A stretch of DNA of 64,000 nucleotides. Origin: Octopus vulgaris (taxonomy: Eukaryota). Shown piece after piece: positions 1-12,594 of this stretch (within the stretch, counting starts at the first letter, position 1; the number at the start of each line of letters is the position of its first letter). The notes beneath the pieces are model-generated. The model saw only the letters and a list, made by a program, of their open reading frames with translations, was not told the origin of the DNA and did not search any database. The position numbers and the translations under genes were made by a program. The DNA lies in contig OX597831.1 in the NCBI GenBank assembly GCA_951406725.2, positions 61,566,001 through 61,630,000 on the forward strand. The letters run 5' to 3'.

Positions 1-120
1 CTGTAATGTGTGAGTGTGTGCGGGGTGGTGTGTGGTGTGATGAGAGGGTGGGGTGGGGGTTTGGAGTGATGATGTTGGGGTAGGGGTGGGGTTTATGTGA
101 GTGGGATGTATGGGGTGGGG

Positions 121-300
121 ATGTATATATGTACGTATTTATATATATGTATATATGTATGTACATATATATATATATATGTATATACATATGTATATAT
201 GTATGTATATATGTATATATATATATATATGTGTATATATGTATGTATATATATGTATGTACATATATATATGTATATACATATGTATATATGTATATAC

Positions 301-343
<43 letters not shown>

Positions 344-527
344 AATTGATGTATGTATGTATATATATATGTACATGTATGTATATATTATGTGTGCATA
401 TATATATATATATACATATGTGTATATATATATTATGTATATATATATATGTATATATATGTGAATGTATATACGTATATATATATATAGATATGTGTGC
501 ATGCATGTGTGTGTGTGTGTGTGTGTA
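121..527. repeat. Compound (TA)n/(TATG)n/(TG)n microsatellite
   Basis: Direct reading; source of the Y/I/M/C-rich pseudo-ORFs at 93-609. Confidence 0.95.
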
Positions 528-835
528 TAAAATAAAATTCAATACAAGGAAAAATAGTTTCCTTTATAGAGATAGAAAAACATACAATTTTCCTCTGGTT
601 TTTCCGTAAATATCCAATATGGCAGAGAAAAACTTTTCACCACTCAAAAGCGTATATACTCAATATACAAAATTTAAAAGAAAATCATAAATCTCCATTT
701 TGTTTCAATTTTTGTATATCTATACAGATATTGTATACCGAGAAAAAGGAAGTAGTCAGATTTATCCGAAATTCTTACTACCTCTTTTTCTCAGTATGTA
801 TATAGATATGAATATATATATATATTTCTTTATTT

Positions 836-1136
836 ATCATTGTGACCGACAAGGCTATCAGATGTTGCTACACATCGCTGGTCACAATGCGCTTTGCATT
901 GTTTTAGCCTTCAAGTGATGCCACCCCGCTGGCTAAGCAAGCAGGGCAACAGAAGAAAGAGTGACAGAAAGTTGTGGCGAAAGAGTACAGCAGGGATCAC
1001 CACCAGCCCCTGCCAGAGACTCATGGAGCTTTAGGTGTTTTCGCTCAATAAATACTCACAACGCCCAGTCTGGGAATTGAAACCCTGATCCTACAACCGT
1101 GAGTCTGCTGCCCTGACCACTGGGCCATTGCGCCTC

Positions 1137-1139
<3 letters not shown>
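836..1139 (-). mobile_element. tRNA-derived SINE, family B with tail type 1
   Basis: Minus strand starts GTGGAGGCGCAATGGCCCAGTGG (A box) ... GGTTTCAATTCC (B box); homologous to 29737-30025; head and body shared with 43647, 56602, 60423. Confidence 0.85.
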
Positions 1140-1176
<37 letters not shown>

Positions 1177-1224
1177 CATACAAAGATATATATACATAGA
1201 TAGATATAGATAGATATAGTTGAA

Positions 1225-1380
1225 ATCTAGAAATGAACAAAAGACAAAGACAGGTGTATGAACAACAAGCAAGTGTATTAGTCTGACACTCTTATGTTTC
1301 GAGCCTGCACTCTTCAGCAGAACAGAATAGCAGAAAATAAACAGAGAGAGAATGAAAAACATTTGTAGATTTCAGTAGCC
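1225..1380 (-). mobile_element. Penelope-like terminal fragment with decayed hammerhead motif
   Basis: Minus strand CTGCTGA-a-GAGT-gcag-GCTC-GAAA-ca-TA; similar architecture to 11925-12120. Confidence 0.5.
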
Positions 1381-1389
1381 CAACATGTC

Positions 1390-1445
<56 letters not shown>

Positions 1446-2401
1446 TGGTCCAGCATGTCTATGTGTGTATATATATATGTAATTGCTCTTGTTACCAAGG
1501 TAACCAAATCAGTGTGTCAGTGGAAACTGAATGATTAGAATTTAGAATAAATATATCTTCTCATCCATTTTTACTGCTCCCTATTCCTGGAGGGTTATGG
1601 GATTAGAATACACTGGCACCACCTCCATAGGGTCCTATCAGAAACCACCATTATTATAACTTTTCTGCTGATCCTCAAGTGCAATTAATTTAGACTATGG
1701 ATATTATCCAGTCATCTCTACGCTAATCTCCCCCCTAGGTTTCCTGGTGGTTTGATTAGCTTGAAGAAATTGGTTTGTGATCCCTTTTCTGCAGCATTCT
1801 TGCTATGTGTCTGTAGTACTAGAGCTGTGGACCTGTCAGAGCAGAAAAGTAGAATAAGCATAGAGAGGAACAATTTCGGGGAACAGCTTTACCTCTGCGG
1901 TCAATAAAAATATTCCGTTCTCTAACCAAAAGTAGTTTTTATGATGTTTGTCTATGAAATGTAAAGTTGCATGTTGAGGAATGTAGTCAGGGAATTCAAA
2001 GGATGTTGAAAGTTAGGAAAGAAATCAAGCAAGTATGCTCCACTGGATATGTAAGCTTAGTGTGTATGTACAAGGCACAGGCGAATTGAGAGAGAACTGG
2101 GAATAAAAGTGATCCGATGTAGGGTGTGTGCAAACGAAAAGACTGTGCTGACAGGTATTATTGATTGATGCTAGTTGGATGAAGGAGAGCCAGAAGATCC
2201 AAGTGCTGCAAAGCTATGAGGAAATAAAATCTAGGAAGCCGTTGACAGAAATGGTGTATGTTGATCTTAAGATACTGAACTTTGTAAAAGAGATGCAAAA
2301 GTCAGAGAAAATGCGTCGAACCCACTGAAGTGTGGAAAAAAATGAATGTAAAATAATGACTGTCATATGCATTTGTATGTATGTGTATGTGTGTGTGTAT
2401 A

Positions 2402-2437
<36 letters not shown>

Positions 2438-2494
2438 TGTATGTATGTATGTATGTATATATGTATGTATGTATTTATGTATGCATATGTATAT

Positions 2495-2579
<85 letters not shown>

Positions 2580-2704
2580 TGCATATATATATATAAAATA
2601 TTTTTGATAAAGTTCGTTTTTTCAAGAACCGAAACATGTAAAATTTCTAAGAAAATTAAAATTTATCTTAAATAGTGGCGTTTTCAAACTTCTTTTTTTT
2701 ATAA

Positions 2705-2737
<33 letters not shown>

Positions 2738-2783
2738 TATTTATCTTCATTTTCTCTTGTTTTACTCATTTCACTGCAGCCAT

Positions 2784-2844
<61 letters not shown>

Positions 2845-2854
2845 CATATATACA

Positions 2855-3385
2855 GGTTGATGCTCAGAGAGTGTTACCACTAGAATAAGGTTAGCCTGGG
2901 AAAAGTTTAGAAAGCTTCTACTCCTACTGGTGACAAAGGGCCTCTCGCTCAGAGTGAAAGATAGATTGTATGATGCATGTATGCGAACTGCCATGCTTTA
3001 AGGCAGTGAAACCTGGGCCATGACTGCGGAGGACATGTGTAGGCTCTAAAGAAATGAAGCTAGCATGATCTGCTGGATGTGTAATGTCAGTGTGCACACA
3101 CGACAGAGTGTAAGCACCCTGAGAGAAATGTTGGACATAAGCAGCATAGGATGTGGCACGCTGGTATGGTCATGTGCTACGGATGGATGAAGAGAGATGT
3201 GTGAAGAAGTGCCACTCCCAAACAGTGGAAGGAATCCAGAGTAGCGGTAGACACAGAAAGACTTGGGATGAGGTGGTCAAGCATAACCTTCGAACGTTGG
3301 GCCTCACAGAGGCAAAAGATGAAAGACAGAGACCTCAGAAGATATGCTGTAACTGCGAAGACCCGGCAAATAAAGTGAGTTCATG
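2855..3385 (+). mobile_element. RTE-clade LINE ORF2 3' fragment (decayed)
   Basis: Translates to GCSESVTTRIRLAWEKF...LYDACMRTAML.GSETWA...RWYGHVLRMDEERCVKK...GRHRKTWDEVV, typical RTE C-terminal region, with stops and frameshifts. Confidence 0.85.
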
Positions 3386-3609
3386 ACTGTATCCTACACC
3401 AGTTTTGCATAACCAGCCCCAGCCCATTCAAAAGTACCTTGGATGAGGGGGCAACCTACTGTGCTTGAGGAGGCCAATTGAGTCAAGTATATCAACATCA
3501 AAATGAAAATTAAATGGATATTGTAGTTGTGATACCCATGCCGGTGGCATGTAAAAAGCACCATCTGAACGTGGCCCATGTGTGTGTGTGTGTGTATGTG
3601 GATACATAT

Positions 3610-4860
3610 ATAAATCTAAGCCATTGTATTTGCATTTGTGGACTTGGAGAGAGCCTTTGATTGAGTACCCTGTTGTGTGATTGATAAGGAAGCTAGGGGT
3701 AGATGAGTGGCTTGTGATAGTTGTACAGACCATATACAGAGATTTCGTCAGTGAGGTGAGAGTTAACCAGGCTTATAGTAATGAATTTAGTGTACTGGTA
3801 GCTGTTCACCATGGCTCAGTTCTCATTCCCCTCCAGTTCCTTATTGCACCCCAGGCCATAACTGAGGAATTCAAGACCAGCTGCCCTTGGGAACTGCTAT
3901 ATGCTGATGATTTTGCTCGCACAGCAGATCCTGTAACAAAACTAGAAAAGAAATTCCAGGCATAGCAGCAAAACCTGGGATTGAAGCACCATAGGAGTAA
4001 CTAAGCGAAGAGCAGGAAACTGGACAGGTTCTTATCTACTTCATGTAAATGACCCTGCTCATTATGTAGGAAAGGTGTTGGCAAGAATTTCATATGGTGT
4101 ACCCAATACAAGGCATGGACACACAAGAAGTGCAATGGAATAATAGGAAGTTTAACAGAAAAAGTAGTGTTTGTATGTGCAGGATGCACAGGAGCCATAA
4201 AGTCTACAGATATATGGGAAATTAAATTTTTCAAATCTCCGGATCCTCTCTAGAGGTACTGGATAATTTCTGCTACCTAACTGACCTAATTAGTAGTAGA
4301 GGAGGATGTAATGAGAATGTAATTGCTTGAATAAGATGAAGAAAATTCAGAGATTTTATCTCTGTTGACAACCAGTGGTCTGTCTGCCTCTCTCTCTCTC
4401 TTTCTTTCTCTTCTTTTTCTCTACTTCACTCTCTCTCCCTTTCTCTTTCTTTCTCTCACTCTTTCTTTCTCCTTCTCTCTCTCCCTCTGAGTATCTGAAT
4501 GAAAGGAAGATTTTATGATGCACATGTACAAAAAGCAATGCTACATGGTAGTAAGATATGAAGCTAGAATGTGCAGTGACTGTATACATGTGCGACGGAG
4601 CACCTGTGTATTGAGAGGAAAGTTAGGCATAAGAGGAATTAGATCTAGTGTACAAATGAAAAGTCTGTGCTGGTTTGGTTATGTGATGCAGATGGATGAA
4701 GAGAGTTGCAAAAAAGAATTGCTGTTCGCTTAAAGTGGATGAAACTTGTTCAAAGACAGAGGCCCAGGAGGACATGAGATGAAATATTGAAAGCCAATGT
4801 CAAGATGCTTAGCCTTATGAAGATGACAAAGAAATTAGATATTTGGCATCTTGTACTCAA
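3610..4860 (+). mobile_element. RTE-clade LINE reverse transcriptase fragment (decayed) with PHD-like insert
   Basis: VDLERAFD, VHHGSVL.P, ELLYADD, LEVLDNFCYL motifs and downstream WFGYVMQMDE; Cys/His block at 4056-4187. Confidence 0.9.
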
Positions 4861-5559
4861 GGAGACACCACAGCAGAATTGATATCCTCAAACCACCTTG
4901 GTAATGCTTGTCCATAATGGTTTATGCCCTGCTCCAACTTTCTCTGTCTATATCCCATCAACCATTTCACTTCACCCCCCACACATTTTATCCCCTAGAA
5001 CCCAATACTTCACAAACACCAGAGAGTAGAACTGGCACACACCACTACATCTCTCTGCTTTTGTTAGCAACCTTTCTTTCCCCATCATGAACCACTTCTG
5101 TTTCCCTGCCTACTGTCTCCCTCAATCACCTTCTTCTTTTGCCTTCACTCCCCTCTGCTGTTCTCCATCAGTAATGATTCACTAATGTGTTAATCACCAT
5201 CAATGCCCTCACTTATCTGCTGCAACCCGTGCCCTCAAGCCTCTCCAATATTTTTCTCCATCATTTGCTTCAGTCCCCTCTATCCTGCTCACTCACCCAG
5301 TCCAAACCTCTGTGTCACCTCACCTGTTCTTACCACCGCCAATATTCCTGAAAGGCATGTTCTGACATCTTTACCACCATCTCTTAAAATTGGACCCTTT
5401 ATCTTACTCTCTAACACCCCACCCTTTCTTTTGCAACTGGTGTAGCCATGTATTTACTCTACAGCAAGACAGACATCTCTGTCGTTCTATACCTTTAATT
5501 TCTCAACAGGTACAAAGCGTCTATTCCATTCCCAGTTGAGAGGTTTTTTGCCTTGCAAC

Positions 5560-5819
5560 GTACTTGGTGGCTTTGATGGTAATGACGCCACTGAAAAACA
5601 ACCAGTGTTGATGCTACATAAAAAAAGCATTGGCGTTGTTGCTATGTAAAAAAGCACCCAGTACACTCTATGAAGTGTTTGGTGTTAGAATGGGCATCCA
5701 GTTGTAGAAACCATGTCAAACCAGACAATGATGTCTGGTGCAGCACCTGGCCTGTCTAACTATCCAAACTATAACAGCATGGAAAATCAACGTCAAATAT
5801 TGATGATGATGATGATGAT
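5560..5819 (+). mobile_element. RTE-tail repeat ending in (GAT)n
   Basis: GGGCATCCAGTTGTAGAAAC...CATGGAAA...(GAT)n, homologous to 22250-22447. Confidence 0.65.
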
Positions 5820-6084
5820 ATCTACCTACATAGAAATACATGTTACTGCCAAAATGTTGCCTTTAGAATACCGTTTTATCTATTGTATACATTGAAAAAA
5901 CTAAATACTTCCAAGACTTACATCAAATCACCCTGATGAAAATATTAATATATAATGGAGTGCATAGCATTTAAAGTGGTATTATATAGCACCATACTTA
6001 ATATTGAAAGATATGTAGACGGCCATGCATATATGTATGGAAACAATTTGAGTTGCGAAAATCAAATCAACTTAAAAGTATATA

Positions 6085-7339
6085 AAGGAACTTTGTGACC
6101 CTCAAGAGAGTTTCTGGATACACGAAGCATTTTTATATATCATGTATGATAAATATATGCATAAATATATACGTAAATATATAAATAAATAAGAGACAAA
6201 AAGCTCAGTCTTCAGCAATATGGTAACGCAAATGTTCTATGGATGACCATTAAATATGGTACAGAGATCACCTCATTGCAAAGAATATTAGACTAAGCAT
6301 GCAATTTCAGCATAGTGAGAGGATCTAGTTTGCTTAATGGATAGACATATAATTGAGAATTGCCTACTCAACCTTCTTCATTTAATCTCTTGACAATTAT
6401 TTATCAATAAATACATTTCTGATGCAACGTATGAGAATGATTACCATCACAAATAATGTGCCGAATCGTAAAATGTTTATGATATTTTTTTTTATGTTAT
6501 ATCCAATTAAACGATTAATATCGAAATAAATCAAAACATCTTGATGGAAATATCGATATATGTAATATACAATATGCACACCATTTAAAATGATTCTATA
6601 GCACTGTAATTAATATCCAAAGACACACGAAAGACATATAAATCTCAATAAAATGAAATACAAAAAATATATTTCAAGGACCATGACTAGATTTCCTGGA
6701 AATATATAAAAGTGTTATAACCTGAATGATTAAAGATAATGATAGCCATCACATGACTCCAACTTCAGTGAAGTTTATAGTGAGAATGGCAACTTCAGAT
6801 TTTCTCTGACTATCCTTCAATTTTGGTGTGATCACTTGCTGTGTAGAGCAGCTTCTTCTAACTATATAATGATGTCATTATCGGAGGTTCAGCTTTGCTT
6901 ACTGAGTAGATATGAATTTCTGGATTGACCATTCAAAACTTCATTTTTGTCTCATAGCGATGATATATCAATAAATGTGGCTGTGTGGTAAGAAGCTCAC
7001 TTCCAAACCATGTGGTACTATAGTCTCGGGCTGACCAAAGCCTTGTTAGGCGATTTGATAGATGGAAACTGAAAGAAGCCCATCATTTATGTGTGTGTCT
7101 GTGGGGGGGGGGGTTTGAGTGTTCTGTGTTTGTTCCCCCCACCATTACTTGACAACCAGTGTTGCTGTGCTTATGTCCCTGTAACATAGCAGTTCAACAA
7201 TAGAGACTGATAGAATAGATAACCAGGTTTAACAATGAAAAAAGTCCTTGGGTATATATTTATGTATATATTTATTATACGTGATATATAAAAATGCTTC
7301 GTGTATCCAGAAACTCTCTTGAGGGTCACAAAGTTCCTT
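6085..7339. repeat. 88-bp inverted repeat pair (6085-6172 / 7252-7339)
   Basis: Reverse complement of 7252-7339 matches 6085-6172 at 85/88 positions by manual alignment. Confidence 0.9.
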
Positions 7340-7410
7340 CACCTAAAAATTCTTAAAGGTGGTGCCCCAGCATGGCCGCAGTCTAATGATTGAAATGAAT
7401 AAAGAGTAAA
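6977..7410 (+). mobile_element. SINE family A, diverged copy interrupted by an 88-bp inverted insert
   Basis: GTGGCTGTGTGGTAAG head, GGAAACTGAAAGAAGCC, CCAGCATGGCCGCAGTC tail. Confidence 0.8.
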
Positions 7411-7575
7411 GGATATAATTATCATGACATATAAAAAAAATGGTAATAAATATAAAATAAAAGCCAATCCAAAACCACTTTCGGGATGCTTTGTAGATTT
7501 AAGAGAAGAGCAAGGAGGCAATTGCTCCAGTTTGGATTTTAGTTGTTGTAAGGAGCCTCAGGCAAGAAATATGAA

Positions 7576-7617
<42 letters not shown>

Positions 7618-7719
7618 ACATACACACGCACACACATACAATTAGCACATACATACGCTCACACACACTTGCATTTGGTGAATATGCAGAAAAAATAGAA
7701 CTCAGTATATAAGAGTGTA

Positions 7720-7759
7720 TGTAAGTGTGTGTATGTGTGTGTACATATATATATATATG

Positions 7760-7803
<44 letters not shown>

Positions 7804-7808
7804 TACAT

Positions 7809-7890
<82 letters not shown>
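7720..7890. repeat. (TA)n microsatellite
   Basis: Direct reading. Confidence 0.95.
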
Positions 7891-7893
<3 letters not shown>

Positions 7894-8424
7894 CTCACAC
7901 ATACTACTACAAGAGTTTTGTGCATTGCACTTCATAAAACATTGTGATGAATTATAATTTTTTTTCCCGCATCTTTGATCAAAAGTATTATTGGAAAGTA
8001 GCAAGATAATAAATTTTAAAATCTGTCAGTTAAGTAAAAAAGGAAGGATAAAAAAAAGTTAGAATAAAAAGATTGTGAAGCAAACTGTATATATACATGT
8101 ATAACAATATACATGTATGTACTTAATTACAAAAAAAAAAAAGAGAATATACACGTATGTACTTAATTATAAAAAAAAAATGTTCAGATACACAGACAGT
8201 CAGACAGACATCTGAATAAAAGTTACATATAGCATATATGTACACATATATATACTCAGTTTTTGTACAACCGTTTATAAAGAGATATTAAAAGAAATAT
8301 GCAGAAACTGTATACACATGCATTAGGTGCAGAAGAAGTGAAGAGATAGGATCTAAGACATTCATTATATATATAGAAAAGAAAAGAATAAAAATTGCAG
8401 TCACGATGAGGCATGCTATTACTT

Positions 8425-8431
8425 GCATACA

Positions 8432-8465
<34 letters not shown>

Positions 8466-8482
8466 CATTCATACATACAAAC

Positions 8483-8513
<31 letters not shown>

Positions 8514-8830
8514 CATGCATACATACATACATGCATACATACATGCATACATACATACATACATACATACATACATACATACATACATACATACATGCAT
8601 ACATACATACTTACATACATACATATATACATGCATACATACATGCATACATATATACTTACATTCATACATACATACATACATACATACATACATGCAT
8701 ATATACATACTTACATACATACATACTTACATACATTCATACATACATACATACATACATACATACATACATACATACATACATACATACATTCATTCAT
8801 GTGTGTGTGTGTATGTATATATATATATAT
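8425..8830. repeat. (ACAT)n tetranucleotide microsatellite
   Basis: Direct reading; gives HTYI/MYVC pseudo-ORFs. Confidence 0.95.
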
Positions 8831-9421
8831 AAATTCAGCAACACATATACATGCATTTGTAAATGTACCGTTACACATATATTTACTTGCTCACTTGCAA
8901 GTGTGTATATGTGAATTTATAAACACTCACTCAAAAACGCATATCTTCAATCATATACACACATGCACTAGGTTGGAAAGAAAGGCCTGTTGCATCTTCG
9001 ATATGAACACTTTGAAGATATATTTTCGATAAGTATGATCAAATAAGCATTTTCTTTCCTGATTACTTTATAAAATAGTGGTTAAATCCATATTGATTTT
9101 TACCCCTTTAAGATAAGTTTATATCAGATACTGCATGCTGTATGAATTCATAAGGGGCTCTTCATCAATAAAAGCATCAACAATTAATTTTTCTGCTTAT
9201 GGTTATCATTCTTTAAGTGTTTGTCTAAATATGCCAACGAGGGTTTGGTCAGTTTCACTCAGGGAATTTTCCTCTTGCAGATTGTCCTCAATCTGGACAA
9301 TCAAATTCTGCCAATATTGAGTTTTCTTCAGAAGTTGAGGAAAAAGCCACTGCACAAGAATTAGCAAAAAGAGTTCAATTTAAGTTGCATTTAGATCACA
9401 AAATACCTTCATGAACAAGGA

Positions 9422-9524
9422 TGCGTGGTACCTTGGGCAAGTGTCTTCTACTATAGCCTCAGGCCGACCAAAGCTTTGCGAATTGATTTGGTAGACGGAA
9501 ACTGAAAGAACCCCATCATATATA

Positions 9525-9583
<59 letters not shown>

Positions 9584-9629
9584 ATGTGTGGGTGTGTGTA
9601 TGTGTGTGTGTGTGTGCATATACATATTT

Positions 9630-9662
<33 letters not shown>

Positions 9663-9903
9663 TTGTATGTGTGTATGTGTTTGTGTGTCTGTCTTTGTCC
9701 CCCCAACATGGCTTGACAACCAATGCTGGTGTGTTTACGTCCCCGTAACTTAGCGGTTCGGCAAAAAGAGCCCAATAGAATAAGTACTAGGCTTACAAAG
9801 AATAAGTCCTGGGGTCGATTTGCTCGACTAAAGGCGGTGCTCCAGCATGGCCACAGTCAAATGACTGAAACAAGTAAAAGAGTAAAAGAAAAAAAAAGAG
9901 TAA
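9422..9903 (+). mobile_element. SINE family A, 5'-truncated, with central TG/TA microsatellite
   Basis: CCTTGGGCAAGTGTCTTCTACTATAGCC ... CAAATGACTGAAACAAGTAAAAGAG; matches 16958, 21294, 25060. Confidence 0.9.
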
Positions 9904-10768
9904 ACTTTATCAGTAGGACCCTCATCATCTAAACTGCTTTTCAACTTTGTTAAAGAGTTGCCTTCAGCTTGTTATTCGAGATTTAACTTACTATTGCACC
10001 TTTCCTGGCTAGAATTATTACAAGCAATGAAAAAGTGTGCTCTTTATCAATGCATTCAGGCAAAATAAGAAAGGTTAGCTGCCAATATAAAATGTTAGTC
10101 CATTCCCAAACCAAGAATTCACCTCATGGAACCAAATGCATACTGTTATCGGATCATTGTGTAATTCTGGAAAAAATTGTTTGCAAACAAGACAAAAAAG
10201 AAAAATAAAGGAATACATCCACAAAACCCCTCAATAACTGCATAACAAAAACACACAAAAAGTAAGCCTTAAAATGCATAAACCAATAAGGAGTGAAATT
10301 GAGGTGCTTCCTTCAAAATTACAAACTGACAGCAAAAGTGAATGTTCTGCAGAAAGACAATTATAACACTGAAAGGCCACCATATTTTATGCAGATTAAT
10401 AAGCACTATGAAAGAGCACTAGCAAAAGAAAACAACAAAAAAAAAACGAAAATTGGCAAATATCAAATCAAAAATGTGATAAACAACAGGATTTATGCAA
10501 TGAACAGAAGAAAATCTATCTTATACTAGTTCCAAAAACATAACAGTAAAAAAGTCATATAAATTCACATCATTATCCATCTATCAAAATATTTTTATTG
10601 AAACAGGAGTTTGTTGCAATGAGTGCTCAAAAGCAGACATAATTAAGCATGCAAAAATCCCTGTCATTCCACTATTAAGCCTGACTAAAAGAGGAAAGAA
10701 ATGCTATGATGGTACATACATACATGCATATGTACATACCAATATATATTTAAACACCCACATGCATA

Positions 10769-10825
<57 letters not shown>

Positions 10826-10974
10826 ATTCATTTGTATGCATATATATATATATATATATATATATCTACAGAGAAAGAGGCACAGACATGGCTGTGTGTT
10901 AAGGAGATTGCTTCCTGACCACATGATTATATATATATATATATCATAATAATAATCATAATAATAATAATAAT

Positions 10975-11190
10975 AATTTGAGGGAATATTATTCCAAACT
11001 TACAGGGAAAAATTCAATTTAGAAATACTAAATCAAATTTCACACAATATAATATATATATATTTATAAATTAGAAAAAAAACACCTTTTATCAATTCAA
11101 TAATGAAAAATTAAATTATACCATTTAGAAAAATTACACCTTACAGAAAGATTAAATATAAGATAAAACATATAAAACATATAATAATGA
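10975..11190 (+). mobile_element. AT-rich repeat next to (TA)n/(TAA)n, probable Penelope-like terminus
   Basis: TCCAAACTTACAGGGAAAAATT shared with 41275-41530 and, inverted, with 35150-35190. Confidence 0.45.
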
Positions 11191-11295
11191 TTAAGAAATG
11201 TGCAAAATAATAAATAAATAAATACACATGCACACACACACACACATACATACACACTAACTTAAATGCCACCCTATCAGACAGCATTTAAGCTA

Positions 11296-11815
11296 GTATA
11301 TAGCTAGCTTTTAAGCAACTGATCCTGAATGGGAAGATCTGTAAACGGATCTCTGACTTGCTTTGGAAAATTTTTTGCAATTGCTTCCTCCAGAGTCATA
11401 TAACAACATTGATCCTATTTGTCACAACAAATCATGTAACAAAAATCACCACAAACAATTGCAGTAATCAAAACATAGGAATCCAAATTTTCAGGATTGC
11501 AGGTCTGGATACAGCCAAGAATGTTTTTAATTTACTCACGGAATTAACCTTTAGATTATAGAAATTGCTATCATACCAAAAAAATTGTTGTAAAAAGTCA
11601 CACACACAAAAAAAAATCGCTGTGAACAATCACAGTTAGGAAAACTTGGGAAGCCAAAATTTCAGGATTGTGGGTTCAGATTTGGCCCAGAATGTTTTTA
11701 ATTTACTCACAGAGTCAGCCTGATTCCAAAATGGTATGATGTGTTGGGCTACGGCCTCTAAGAGTAAAGTGGAAAAAGTGTGACACACTGACATTCACAT
11801 TTATTATATTAGATA
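11296..11815 (+). mobile_element. Non-autonomous element with internal direct repeats (Helitron/Helentron-like)
   Basis: ~60-bp direct repeats at 11486 and 11658; ends ...CATTTATTATATTAGAT like 18112 and 21175. Confidence 0.4.
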
Positions 11816-11924
11816 TGTTTAATCTTGGGGATAATTTATTTCAATTAAAGTGTATTGTATATATATGTGTGTGTGTGCATTTGTGTGTATGTATATATAT
11901 ATATACAAAATGTGACTGCATGTG

Positions 11925-12120
11925 TACCATTGACGATTTTTATTCCTCCGTCTTCCCTTCTCTGGATCTTTCCTTTTCCTATGTTTCTGATGAAGAGCTC
12001 TGCTCGAAACGTAAAACCCTCCTTCTTCCCTTCCTTCCTGAGCGTCCAATAATACTATATTTGTTCCACGTCCTCGCGTTGTTGTGTTTTCTCTTGGTGT
12101 TTTCATGTTTGGATTAACTT
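11925..12120 (+). mobile_element. Penelope-like terminal repeat fragment between microsatellites
   Basis: Pyrimidine-rich segment carrying a minimal hammerhead; homologous to 30490-30690. Confidence 0.6.
11983..12017 (+). ncRNA. Minimal type-I hammerhead ribozyme
   Basis: Stem I GTTT/AAAC, core CTGATGA (11987-93), stem II GAGC-tct-GCTC, GAAA, palindromic CG stem III, GUA cleavage triplet. Confidence 0.7.
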
Positions 12121-12520
12121 TATGTATATATATATATATATATATATGTGTATTAAAGAAAGCAAAGGATAAAACAAAACTGATAGTGCTCAGTATGTTG
12201 ATGACAGGAATTTGTCAAAGAGACGTGGTTAAACAAAGTTGTACATCATCTTCCTCTTTCTTTCACACACCCACTCTTTCTCTCTCATTTATTATTACTC
12301 CCACTTCCACCACCAACACTGCTGCTTTTAATAAAACATCAACTCTCTCTAAATTCCTTTCTCTCTTTCTCTCTCTCTCTGTCTTCAGCACCGCCTCACT
12401 GTTCCTATGCTTATTTTTACTCTCACCCCATCATGAGAAATAGTAGGAGTGTCATTGAATTTTGAGAGAGGGAGTCTAAGTGTGACACGCTGACACACAG
12501 AAATTAGTTTTCGCATTTAT

Positions 12521-12570
<50 letters not shown>

Positions 12571-12594
12571 GCCTATGTATATATATTTATATGT

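Noticed and set aside
93-609. Long Y/I/H/T/M/C-rich ORFs (also 8406-9032, 18462-19164, 26812-27313, 30873-32238)
   Set aside because: Translations of (TA)n, (CA)n and (ACAT)n microsatellites that lack stops by composition
5933-5960. Other CTGATGA hits as hammerheads (also 23197, 42974) and the hairpin at 41129-41146
   Set aside because: No stem II plus GAAA plus cleavage triplet arrangement follows
6085-7339. Single TIR transposon bounded by the 88-bp inverted repeats
   Set aside because: The right arm lies inside a SINE that continues on both sides; no TSD seen
8106-8180. 40-bp tandem duplication ending in A-runs
   Set aside because: Ordinary slippage duplication with no further structure
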